NCBI GenBank assembly: GCA_963719515.1
Contig: CAVRCJ010000011.1
Span: 416,001-480,000 of the forward strand
Length of the DNA: 64,000 bases
From: an uncultured cyanobacterium
GTDB lineage: Bacteria > Cyanobacteriota > Cyanobacteriia > CAKZMO01
Reading direction: 5' to 3'
In this document: positions 31,749 to 41,317 of the stretch, in pieces
How the letters are laid out: each line of letters opens with the position of its first letter
Position numbering within the stretch: position 1 is the first letter of the stretch
Program-made: the position numbers and the translations under genes
The notes under the pieces: generated by a model
The model's input: the letters and a program-made list of their open reading frames with translations, nothing else
The model's database searches: none
What the model was told of the DNA's origin: nothing

Positions 31749-33125
31749 ATGTCACTTAAAAGGTCTATTGCCACTGTATCTTGCCTCGGGGTGCTATCCT
31801 GCACTCCTGCTCAAAGGCAAGATTCTGAGCCGCCGACGGCAATATTCCAGGCCTTCAACCAGCCCTATAGCGACATCAGTACCTTTGTCTGCGCGCTGGC
31901 CGACCAGGGCTACTCCCACCTGCAGATTTCCCCCGCGCAGCAGTCAAACCCGGGAGGCGAGTGGTGGAAGCGCTATCAGCCCGTCGACCTAAGCGTCATT
32001 GAAGGGCTGGGGTCGGAGCGGGATCTCAAACAGCTGATTGACCGAGCTGCGAGCTGCGACGTCAAAGTCATCGCCGACGTCGTCTTCAACCACATGGCCA
32101 ACCTCGACGGGGACGACGGGTTTGAAGACCTGACCCAGTACCCCAATCTCTCCCCCAGCGACTTCAGCACCGCTCCTGATAACGTCGGTCAAAAGCCGTG
32201 CGACATCAACTACAGCGACGGCAACCGCACCACAGAATTAGACTGCTGGCTAGGGGGCCTGCCCGATTTAATCTTCACCGGCAACGTCAAAACGATTCAG
32301 AAGGCCTATCTGAAGCGCTTGCTCGACCTAGGCGTAGCGGGCTTTCGGTTTGACGCCGCCAAGCACATTCCAGCAGAAGTGCTCAGCGAATACGTGGCCT
32401 TCGTGAACCAAGAGAGTGGGGGCACCGCTTGGAGCTACCTGGAGGTGATTCAGGATAGTGATACCCGCGCCGAAGACTACAATGCGATCGCCCCTGTCTC
32501 AGACTTCGTTCTCTACAACACGATGAAAGCGGCGTTTACCTATGGGGGAGATTTGCGATCGCTTCCCCCTCGCGCCGTTGACGACCCCGACAGCGTTACC
32601 TTCGGCCAAAACCACGACACAATCGCTGCCCTCAACCCCTCCGCCATCAACCCCTACGACGACGTCACGGACGCATACCTGGCCGACGCCTACGTTCTGG
32701 CGCGGCAGGACGGGACGCCGCTGGTATTCAACGAAGACAACGCCAGCTCTCCCTTCGTTCCGACTGGGGTCAAGTTTCGCCAGATTATGCATCAGCGGCA
32801 GGTAGAGGGCAAGCGCACGGCGGAGACCGTTCTCAGGGCGATTGATAGCCCCACCGTCGTCGTGCTGGAGCGGGGGGCGGAAGGCTTTTTTGTGGCCAAC
32901 AAGGGGACAGATGCGCTAGACCTACCGGCGCTGGATTTGACGCTGACGAACTTGGAAGGATGCTACCGAGAGCTGCGCAATGACTTTACCGTTGCCGTTG
33001 AGCAGCGCGGAGACCAGAAGTTTGTGACCCGCTGGGGCACCTGGGAGCGCGGCGGCATTGAGGTGCAGGGGCGAGACGCCCTTTACTTTGTGCGCGAACC
33101 TTTTGACCAGTGTCAGCCCCGCTAG
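31749..33125 (+). CDS. GH13 alpha-amylase, probable lipoprotein
   Basis: WWKRYQPV, ADVVFNH, GFRFDAAKH, YLEV, NHDT; lipobox-like VLSC. Confidence 0.9.
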   Translation: MSLKRSIATVSCLGVLSCTPAQRQDSEPPTAIFQAFNQPYSDISTFVCALADQGYSHLQISPAQQSNPGGEWWKRYQPVDLSVIEGLGSERDLKQLIDRAASCDVKVIADVVFNHMANLDGDDGFEDLTQYPNLSPSDFSTAPDNVGQKPCDINYSDGNRTTELDCWLGGLPDLIFTGNVKTIQKAYLKRLLDLGVAGFRFDAAKHIPAEVLSEYVAFVNQESGGTAWSYLEVIQDSDTRAEDYNAIAPVSDFVLYNTMKAAFTYGGDLRSLPPRAVDDPDSVTFGQNHDTIAALNPSAINPYDDVTDAYLADAYVLARQDGTPLVFNEDNASSPFVPTGVKFRQIMHQRQVEGKRTAETVLRAIDSPTVVVLERGAEGFFVANKGTDALDLPALDLTLTNLEGCYRELRNDFTVAVEQRGDQKFVTRWGTWERGGIEVQGRDALYFVREPFDQCQPR

Positions 33126-33205
33126 CAGTTTCTTCCTAGCCTGACCCGCTGTGTGCAATTGTTTAGCGTATCGAAGGCCCTCACCCCCAACCCCTCTCCC
33201 AAGGC

Positions 33206-33634
33206 TGATACCGCTGGCGAATTTCATGTCTTGTTACATCTCGGCTATTTCCTGCCCCGGAGAAGGCCCCCTCAATCCCCCAATTGAGAGGACTTCAGAG
33301 AGGTTAGAACTCCTTAAAGTCAATAGCCGCGAATAGTATGGCCACTGCTCCGGTTCCCCCAGAATTGGGGGTTAGGGGGCCTCGAAAGCGTGCAACTCGA
33401 TTACGAAATATTTCGCCAGTGGTATCAAGTTTGGGGGAACCAGAAAAATGCCAGACCTCTTGATATTAAAGACTTTCAAGAATTCTGGCTTCGAATCTTG
33501 CTCCCCCATTCGCGTAGCGTAGCCGTTGGCGAAGCCTGTCCGAAGGACATAGGCTGTATTTTGGGGGCCGGGGGCCTCTTTAAGGGGTGAAACAGCACGA
33601 ATGTTGCAAGGTATAAAATTCGCCAGCGGTATCA
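33206..33634. mobile_element. MITE-like repeats: complete 222-bp copy (33206-33427) plus inverted diverged partial copy ending 33634
   Basis: Same TIR and body as 24216-24438. Confidence 0.8.
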
Positions 33635-33869
33635 GAATTGGGGGAAGGGCTAAGGATAGGGGTTTCCAGGACGCTAAACACATACATGTAGCGGGTCAGG
33701 CGCTTAAAAGCGAGCAGCTTAACTTAGGCGATCGCCCTTTCTAGGGGACATTCCTCTGATATCCCTCTGGGTTGATGAAATTGGAGCCGTTCTTAAGTAT
33801 AAGAAACGTAGGATAGGCAGCGCCCCTGCCCGTCGTCACGCTGTATTTCCCAATACCCCTAAAGTTGCT

Positions 33870-35021
33870 ATGGCTTCTAGACACCAGCGCGCCCTTGGCG
33901 TGTTCCCCAACCGCACCACCACAGCTTCGGCGCTACAGGCCTTGCGAGACTCCGGCTTTTCCATGGCCGACACCTCGGTGATCACCCGTGAGGCAAACCG
34001 CGAGGCCGATATCGCGGGGGTGGAGGTACAGGACAGCGTCGGCAATAAGGCAGATACCGGAGGCGCAGTAGGCGCTGCTACGGGTGGCCTATTGGGCGGC
34101 GTTGCCGGTTTGCTCGTAGGTCTAGGGACGATCGCCATTCCGGGGGTTGGCGCGGCAATTCTAGCGGGGGAAGCTGCTGCAGTGCTGACGACCCTCATCG
34201 GGGCGGCGGGCGGGGCCGTAGCGGGCGGGCTCGTGGGGGCACTCATTGGTCTGGGGGTGCCCGAACACCAGGCCAAGGAATATAGCGATCGCGTCTCGGC
34301 GGGGGACTACCTCGTCATGCTCAAGGGCACGGAGGTGGACATCAACCGGGCTGAGCAGGTGCTGAAGCAGCACAATATTCAAGATTGGGGCATTTACGAC
34401 GCGGCTAACCCCGACGATGTTGAGCCCAATAGGGGCGCTCGCAGCGGGGCGGTAGCGAACCCGCGAGGCCAAGATGCCGGCAGCCCTGGACCCATCGCAG
34501 CTTTGCGCAACCTGCAGGGCAGTCCGACTATGGGACAGCGGCGCATCATGGGGGTATTCCCCAACTGGCAGGCCATGGAAACGGCCCTCGACCGGGTGAG
34601 GGAGGCGGGCCTGTCGCTGCAGCAGGTGGCGATCGCGGTGAAAGACGACAAAACTAACGAGAACTACCTCACCGGCGGGCATGGGGCCATGGGGGGCGTG
34701 ACGGGGCTGCTGTCAGGGCTGAACCGAGTCGATGTACCGGGCGTCGGCTCTATACTGGTGGTCGGTCCGGCAACCTCGGGGCTGGTAGGGGCGGCGCGGG
34801 ACGGACGCGTCAGCGATATGTCCTACGCGCTGAGCCATCTGGGCATTTCAGAGGAGCAGGCCAGCCTCTACGGACGGCGCATTGCTGACGGTGACGTTCT
34901 AATGACGACGCAGGGCAGCGGCAGCGAGGCCAATGAGGTTGCCTCCCTGCTGGGCCAGTACGGCATGCGCGACTGGGGTGTTTACGAGATTCGGGGGGGC
35001 GATGCTCGCACGGGGGTTTAG
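33870..35021 (+). CDS. General stress protein (YflT-like, glycine zipper), duplicated domain
   Basis: GGLLGGVAGLLVGLG-TIAIPGVG; two units each ending DWGxY. Confidence 0.8.
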   Translation: MASRHQRALGVFPNRTTTASALQALRDSGFSMADTSVITREANREADIAGVEVQDSVGNKADTGGAVGAATGGLLGGVAGLLVGLGTIAIPGVGAAILAGEAAAVLTTLIGAAGGAVAGGLVGALIGLGVPEHQAKEYSDRVSAGDYLVMLKGTEVDINRAEQVLKQHNIQDWGIYDAANPDDVEPNRGARSGAVANPRGQDAGSPGPIAALRNLQGSPTMGQRRIMGVFPNWQAMETALDRVREAGLSLQQVAIAVKDDKTNENYLTGGHGAMGGVTGLLSGLNRVDVPGVGSILVVGPATSGLVGAARDGRVSDMSYALSHLGISEEQASLYGRRIADGDVLMTTQGSGSEANEVASLLGQYGMRDWGVYEIRGGDARTGV

Positions 35022-35030
35022 CGACTAGAC

Positions 35031-35413
35031 AGGAAGCCCCGCGCTCTACCCGTCAGGGTGAGCGTCGGGATGAGAGTCGCGCTAGCCGAAGTGCGCCCGC
35101 AAAATGATGCACAGCGGATAGTGCGCTCAGCGCTGAGGCTAGCAGTTGGTATGATAGAGATAGCAAGGTGATACACCCCGCAAAGAGTGTGACGGGCCCG
35201 TAGGCGAAAGCTGCAAGTCACCCGTTCCTCAGTTTACAAATGTATCTGCGACACATAGTGCGTATCCTCCCTCGCGGAGATGAAAATTCAAAACTCTGCC
35301 GTGGGGCATCAGGCGGAGTATAAACCTATCTCAGGATATGTCTCGGCAATAGCTGGGAGTCACTGAGGAAGCCCGCGCTGTACAGCTTGCTGTCAGCGTC
35401 GGGAGGATGTCAC
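35031..35413 (+). mobile_element. Non-autonomous IS200/IS605-family derivative (no ORF), candidate omegaRNA locus
   Basis: Direct-orientation subterminal hairpin units GAAGCCC(C)GCGCT...AGCGTCGGGA at both ends; right end ...GGATGTCAC; structured interior. Confidence 0.65.
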
Positions 35414-35500
35414 CCTGTCGGTCTCGCTACGCTAGCGCATTAGAACTGCGGCTAAAATGTTAGGCTCAAAACACGCTGATTTCCGTTAGCCGCGCCGCCT

Positions 35501-36271
35501 ATGCTGATTCCGCTGAGCCGTAAAAAGTTTGAAGAGCTAATCCCGCCTCTAGCCACTGCTGAGCAGTACAAATACTGCTGGGGCGGGCCTAGCGACATTT
35601 TGCGGCGAGTTTTGTTTTCAGTGGCAGTGCTGCTCGGGGCTGCGGCCCTGCAGCAGGTTGTCAACGAATACCTGCAGTTTTTTACGTTTTTTGCGATTAT
35701 CATATCCGGCACCTACTGGATGTGGTCCCCCATTTACTTTGCCAACCGCCGCAACCGAGAGCTGCGCCGCTACGGGTTTGCAGGCTTTTTGCGGGGTGAG
35801 GTGCTCGACAAGTTTATTACCGAAGAGCTGATCGGCAGCGAAGAAAAGGTGAATAAGCAGGGGGAGCTGATGATTATCGAGAATCGGGAGCGCCGCCTCA
35901 ACCTAGAAATCGGGGACGAGACGGGGTTTTCGGCGCAGCTGCAGGTGCCGCTGCAAAGAGAGCACCGGGCTATCCGGCGGGGAGACTTGGCCGAGGTGCT
36001 CGTGGTGTCGAACCGATCTGATCTGAGCCGCATCGCCAAAATCTCGGACGCCTACCTGCCCGACAGCGGTTTTTGGATTTCGGACTATCCCTGCGTGCGG
36101 CGAGACGCGTTTCGTGAGGTGAGCCGCAGCCTAGAGCGCCGCTGGCAAGAGCCCGAGGTGGGCTATCAGCCCCAAGGCGACCCGCGCCGCAGCGACGCTT
36201 TCCCCCGCGATCGCTCTCCGCGCCGCGATGGCTATCGGCCTGACGACTACCTGCCCCAAGATGAGTATTAG
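35501..36271 (+). CDS. Conserved cyanobacterial membrane protein, function unknown
   Basis: MLIPLSRKKFEELIP...QYKYCWG, two TM helices, ENRERRLNLEIGDETGF. Confidence 0.8.
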   Translation: MLIPLSRKKFEELIPPLATAEQYKYCWGGPSDILRRVLFSVAVLLGAAALQQVVNEYLQFFTFFAIIISGTYWMWSPIYFANRRNRELRRYGFAGFLRGEVLDKFITEELIGSEEKVNKQGELMIIENRERRLNLEIGDETGFSAQLQVPLQREHRAIRRGDLAEVLVVSNRSDLSRIAKISDAYLPDSGFWISDYPCVRRDAFREVSRSLERRWQEPEVGYQPQGDPRRSDAFPRDRSPRRDGYRPDDYLPQDEY

Positions 36272-36316
36272 CGCCATGGTAAGGTTCTAGAGTACGGCCC
36301 ACCAGAAGGCGTCGGT

Positions 36317-37275
36317 TTGGCAGACGAAGCGTCAGCAGGAAAGAAGCCCCGTGCTCCCCGTAACCGCACCCTGACCCTAAGTGCGGCGGAGCGGTCCGAG
36401 TATCGGCAGCGGCTGCTGCAGCTGAGCGAGCCCGCAGCCCTAGAGGCGATCGCGGTCGTACCATCCACCAAAACCTGTTTGAGGCGCTGCCCCACCTGCC
36501 GCCCCATTGCATCGACCTGCTGGTGGTGGACCCGCCCTACAACCTCGACAAGGTTTTCAATTCCACCCGCTTCAAAAAGACCGACCTGGGCACCTATACC
36601 GACTGGCTGGCGAGCTGCTTTGACGGCCTGCTGCCCCTGCTAAAGCCTTCGGCCTCCATCTACATCTGCGCCGACTGGCAGTCCTCCCCGGCGGTGTTTC
36701 GCGTTGCCCAGTCGCGCTTCCACGTGCGCAACCGCATTACCTGGGAGCGAGAAAAAGGGAGGGGAGCCCGCAGCAACTGGAAAAACGCCTCGGAAGACGT
36801 CTGGTTTTGCACCCTATCTAATCGCTATACCTTCAACGTGGAGGCGGTGAAGCTAAAGCGGCGGGTGCTGGCTCCCTATCGGCAGGCGGGCGCTCCTAAA
36901 GACTGGGACGAGACCCAGCAGGGCAACTTTCGCCTCACCCATCCCTCGAATCTCTGGACCGACCTGACGGTGCCGTTTTGGTCGATGCCGGAAAACACGG
37001 ACCACCCCACCCAAAAGCCGGAGAAGCTGCTGGCAAAGCTAATTTTGGCGAGCTCTAACCCGGGAGACTTCGTGTTTGACCCGTTTCTAGGGTCGGGCAC
37101 AACCGCCGTGGTCGCCAAAAAGCTGGGGCGGCGCTACCTAGGGGTGGAGCAGGACGAGCTGTACTGCTGTCTGGCGGAAAAGCGGCTGGCTTTGGCGGCG
37201 GAGGACTCCACAATTCAGGGGTTTGCGGAGGGGGTGTTTTGGGAGCGCAACACCGGCAGGCTGCGTCGAGTTTAA
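36317..37275 (+). pseudogene. Orphan N4/N6 DNA methyltransferase (beta class) with a -1 frameshift
   Basis: DPPYN, HPTQKPEKL, DPFLGSGTT. Adding one G at 36454-36455 joins the two ORFs as LEAIAGRTIHQNLFEALPHL...DLLVVDPPY (319 aa). Confidence 0.85.
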
Positions 37276-37304
37276 AGATCGCCTGCGCAACTTTCTAATG
37301 CGAC

Positions 37305-37424
37305 GCCTCAACTCTCAAATGCAGATCGCGATCTTTAAAGTGTGATGCCTCAACTCTCAAATGCAGGCCGCGATCTTTAAAGTGTGGTGCCTCAACGCTT
37401 AAATGCAGGCCGCGATCTTTAAAG
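37305..37424. repeat. 42-bp tandem repeat, ~3 copies, in a degenerate ~21-bp-period tract (37270-37480)
   Basis: GCCTCAACTCTCAAATGCAG(AT/GC)CGCGATCTTTAAAGTGTG units start at 37305, 37347 and 37389. Confidence 0.85.
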
Positions 37425-37997
37425 ATCATCCGCGCAACTTTAAAGATCGTCTGCGACAGCTCAAATTGCACGGCTCAACTTTTATATGTGTTTAGCGCAA
37501 TTCGGCACCTCTCCCCCGGCCCCTCTCCCGTTCTAGGCTACCAAGTACACACATCTTGGTATGACGTCTCAATGCTGCTTTACCCCTCTTAATCTCCCCT
37601 TGGAAAGGGGAGAAACTGACTCGTTAGGACGTCTGGATGGGCGCGATGCAAACGTAGGAATCCCCTTTGCCCCCCTTAGATAAAGGCAGGTGCTAAAGGC
37701 GAAGGGATTCCAATGCGCAGAAAATTTCTCTAATACGGTTGTCTTGCTGCCGCAAATGCTCTATTCTCTGGAGCTAGAGCCGTGGTCCCCATGGCTTTGT
37801 CTCCCAAGAATTCGGTCGGGCGGAGCTACGTGTTGATACCAACAACCCGTAGCCCCTAATCCCACAAGACAGCGTGCACTGTCTCGGCAGGACTGAGGTT
37901 GATCATAAGAGATACCCGTGTCATCCGAGCAAAACAACGTTTTGAGGGTGGCCGGTTTTTGGGGGACTCCTAACCACATCGACTTAAGGAGTCCCTC

Positions 37998-38377
37998 ATG
38001 GTATCTCAATATAATTCGCTGCCCTTGGCTCAAGAGGCAGCAAAGATCGCTATAGCCCAGCAGCTCGCGGCAGACCAGGCCGCGCGGCTTGCTTCTCCCA
38101 CCGAAGCAGAGCCCCACATCCCTGCGCTAATCGAGCCTGCCCCCGCGCCAGGGTGTGTTGGTCCCTTCAGGACCAGTCGCAGACTCACACCTGCGTCACA
38201 TCATTATCGGCTCCCCCGACGGCGTGCGCCACGCCATTGAGCGGCTACATGTGCTGCAGTACGTCGAGGGGCGGCTGCTGGACGCCGCTGATTGCTATCG
38301 GTGATAAAGGCATCCATATCACTCCTGCCCACGGGCAGGTGCTGAGCTACCTGGTGCAGCAGCGGCCTCTGCGTTAG
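37998..38377 (+). pseudogene. Paralog of 24591-24869, interrupted by two +1 G frameshifts
   Basis: Removing one G at 38151-38153 and one at 38268-38271 gives a 125-aa ORF containing HLRHIIIGSPDGVRHAIERLHVLQYVEGGCWTPLIAIGDKGIHITPAHGQVLSYL. Confidence 0.75.
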
Positions 38378-38520
38378 TCACGGGGGGGCGATCGCTGCGA
38401 ATACTGCAATAGAACAGACGTCTTTCCATATCAGCCAAAAGTCTCCTAGACAAGGAGTCTGCACAGCGCAGCAGTCTCCTGCGATAGAGTGAATGATATT
38501 GATTCTCTCTGTAACCCCTT

Positions 38521-40329
38521 GTGACAGCCCCCTCCCTTCATCCCCAACGGCGCGACGACAACGACTGGCAGCTCGTCAAAATGCTGCTCCCCTACGCCAA
38601 GCGCCACAAGCGACTGTTAGCGATCGCCCTGCTGCTGCTCGTACCCCTCTCCGTAGCAGAGGCCGTGCAGCCCATCGTGGTAGGGCAGGCGGTGTCGCTG
38701 ATTCGCGGCGAGCCAGTAGCCGCTTTCTTACAGGAGCTCACTCTAGCCGTGGGGCTGAGATTGCTGGTGGGGCTGCTGGCCCTCACCATCGCAGTGCGGC
38801 TGGCCCTCAGCGGCTTCCAGGGCTACCAGGTGCAAAAGGTAGGGCAGCTGATTACCCAAGACGTGCGCAACGACCTGTTCGACCACGTCACCTCCCTCGC
38901 CGCCCGCTTCTTCGACCGCACCCCGGTAGGTCGCCTAATCACCCGCCTCACCAGCGACGTGGAGGCCTTGGGGGACGTATTCTCCACGGGGGCGATCGGC
39001 ATTGTGTCGGACCTGTTCACCATGCTGATTATCGCAGTGGTGATGTTTTTGGTGCAGTGGCAGCTGGCGCTGCTGCTGGTGGTGGTGCTGATTCCCGTCA
39101 CTGCCGTCATGATCTACTTTCAGCAGCAGTATCGCCGCGCCAACTACAAGGCCAGGGAAGAGCTGTCGGTGCTCAACTCTAACCTGCAGGAGAACATCGT
39201 TGGCGTTAGCATTGTGCAGCTGTTTCGTCGGGAGCGATTCAACAGCGAGGCATTTCGCGACATCAACCAGCGCTACGTGGAGCAGGTCGACCGCACCATC
39301 TTTTTTGACTCGGCGGTGTCTGCCACTCTGGAGTGGGTGGGCTTAGCGGCCATCGGCGGGGTGCTGTGGCTGGGGGGACGGCTGGTGCTCGCGGAGTCAA
39401 TTGAGCTGGGTACCTTGACCACCTTCGTGCTGTTTGCCCAGCGGTTGTTCAACCCCCTGCGCCAGTTTGCCGAGCGGTTTACGGCGGTGCAGGCAGGGCT
39501 GACGGCGCTAGAGCGGGTGAATGACCTGGTGTCTGAACCTATTGAGATTCAAGACCCGGACAAAGCCATCTCCCCCGCGATTCCAGCCTCTCAGAATGCG
39601 GGAGAAATTCGCTTTGAGGACGTCTGGTTTGGCTACAAGCCGGACGAGTACGTGCTGAAAGACCTTAGTTTCACGATTCGTCCCGGCGAGAAGGTGGCGA
39701 TCGTCGGCCCCACGGGTGCGGGGAAAAGCTCCATCATTCGGCTGCTCTGTCGGCTGTATGAAGTGAGCCGAGGCCGCATTTTGCTCGATGGAGTCGATAT
39801 CCGCGACATGGCCCAAGGCGAGCTGCGGCGGCGGATGACGGTGATTCTGCAGGAGGGGTTTTTGTTTGCGGGGGATGTGAAGAGCAATATTGCCCTAGGC
39901 GAATCTTATTCTCTAGAGGAGATCAAGCGCGCCGCTGAGCAGACCAACGTCTCGGACTTTATCGAGCAGCTGCCCCAGGGCTATGACACTTCCCTGCGGC
40001 AGCGGGGCACCAACCTATCAGGAGGGGAAAAGCAGCTGCTGGCCTTCGCCCGCGCCGCCGTCCGCAACCCGCCAATTTTGGTGCTTGACGAGGCGACCGC
40101 TAACCTAGACGTGGGCACTGAAGCGAAAATTCAGCAGGCCCTAGAGCGGTTGCTCACGGACCGCACCGCGATCATCATCGCCCACCGCCTCTCTACCATC
40201 CGCAATGTGGACCGCATCTTTGTCATGAAGCAGGGTGAACTGGTGGAGTCGGGATCTCACGATGAGCTGATTCGGGCAGATGGGCTCTACGCTAGTCTCC
40301 ACAAACAGATGCAGGAGAGCCAGAGCTAA
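38521..40329 (+). CDS. ABC exporter, permease plus ATPase (MdlB-like)
   Basis: GPTGAGKSS, LSGGEKQ, LVLDEAT, IAHRLST; N-terminal TM domain. Confidence 0.93.
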   Translation: MTAPSLHPQRRDDNDWQLVKMLLPYAKRHKRLLAIALLLLVPLSVAEAVQPIVVGQAVSLIRGEPVAAFLQELTLAVGLRLLVGLLALTIAVRLALSGFQGYQVQKVGQLITQDVRNDLFDHVTSLAARFFDRTPVGRLITRLTSDVEALGDVFSTGAIGIVSDLFTMLIIAVVMFLVQWQLALLLVVVLIPVTAVMIYFQQQYRRANYKAREELSVLNSNLQENIVGVSIVQLFRRERFNSEAFRDINQRYVEQVDRTIFFDSAVSATLEWVGLAAIGGVLWLGGRLVLAESIELGTLTTFVLFAQRLFNPLRQFAERFTAVQAGLTALERVNDLVSEPIEIQDPDKAISPAIPASQNAGEIRFEDVWFGYKPDEYVLKDLSFTIRPGEKVAIVGPTGAGKSSIIRLLCRLYEVSRGRILLDGVDIRDMAQGELRRRMTVILQEGFLFAGDVKSNIALGESYSLEEIKRAAEQTNVSDFIEQLPQGYDTSLRQRGTNLSGGEKQLLAFARAAVRNPPILVLDEATANLDVGTEAKIQQALERLLTDRTAIIIAHRLSTIRNVDRIFVMKQGELVESGSHDELIRADGLYASLHKQMQESQS

Positions 40330-40507
40330 ACCGAAGTCGAAGCGGCATCCCTGCTAATCACTTGCTCAATCCAAGGACGCATCTTTGAGATACGAGCGGA
40401 GTACGCTATCTAGCCGTAGCGCCACGACGACTGAAGGCATTCGGCTCAAAATAGGCCGAGTCTGCCTGAGGGTCAGCAGGGTCAAGCAGTTTTTGGCGCT
40501 TCACCAG

Positions 40508-41236
40508 TCAGGGTTCAGCGTAGCTCATTTCACGAGCTATCCATGACTGAAACAGGCGATCGCGAATGAGCTGGTGAACCTCATCGGTTAGTTCAGCGGG
40601 GATGCGCTCTTCGACGAGCAACAGATCGTATCCCTGCTCAGATTTGACGGGACCAATTAGCTCTCCCATCTGCCGGCTAAAGGCGACGGCAGCGATCTGC
40701 GGGGGCAGAGCCCAGCGGTGGTGACGGCCTTCATAGCCGCACTTTAGCCGCCTCGTAGTATCTGTATCGTATAGGTGCGCTGCCTCATAAAAGCTGATCT
40801 CATCTTCCTCAATTCTATAAAACAGCTCTTGGGCAAGGGCGCTATAAGGGACAACGATGCGGTAGAGCGTAATTTGCTCAAATTCAAGCTGGTGTTCAAT
40901 AAAGTAAGCCTCAACCTCTTCGTCAAATAGAGACCCAGCGACATTTTCTGCCAGCAGGCGATCGCGAATTCCGAGTTCCCAGAGCTCCGGGGTAATGAGC
41001 TGATCGGCTAGCCAAGCGTAGGTATCGCTGGCATTCTCGAGCTGCAGCTGACGGCGTTGACGATCGGCCTCGGCCTGAATCTCGTCCGGCTCTACCGTAA
41101 TGCCTCGCTCTTGAGCCGCCTGTTCAACAATGTCTTGAGAAAAAATGCGCTCACAGATCGCTTTGAACTGCAGCTGACGCTTGAGAAAATTGACGATCCT
41201 GTCAGAATCGGATGTGATATCGGTCAAACTTTTCAT
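40508..41236 (-). CDS. PpiC/parvulin-type peptidylprolyl isomerase of the T1SS locus
   Basis: EIQAEADRQR, LAQELFYRIEEDEISFYEAAHLY, IGPVKSEQGY. Confidence 0.8.
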   Translation of the reverse strand: MKSLTDITSDSDRIVNFLKRQLQFKAICERIFSQDIVEQAAQERGITVEPDEIQAEADRQRRQLQLENASDTYAWLADQLITPELWELGIRDRLLAENVAGSLFDEEVEAYFIEHQLEFEQITLYRIVVPYSALAQELFYRIEEDEISFYEAAHLYDTDTTRRLKCGYEGRHHRWALPPQIAAVAFSRQMGELIGPVKSEQGYDLLLVEERIPAELTDEVHQLIRDRLFQSWIAREMSYAEP

Positions 41237-41317
41237 CGTTCTCTCTGCACAACTCGAACGGTATAAGCTCTCTACCTGTTCTCCTTTTCGGGACTATTCT
41301 CCTCATCCGCACCGCGC

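Noticed and set aside
36317..37275. Restriction-modification system
   Set aside because: No adjacent endonuclease; appears to be an orphan methyltransferase.
37305..37424. CRISPR array
   Set aside because: Repeats are contiguous with no unique spacers, and there are no cas genes in the window.
37505..37720. Possible further MITE end (GGCTACCAAGTACACACATC) and CCCCTT..AAGGGG palindromes
   Set aside because: Resembles cyanobacterial dispersed repeats, but no matching second end or copy was found, so boundaries cannot be supported.
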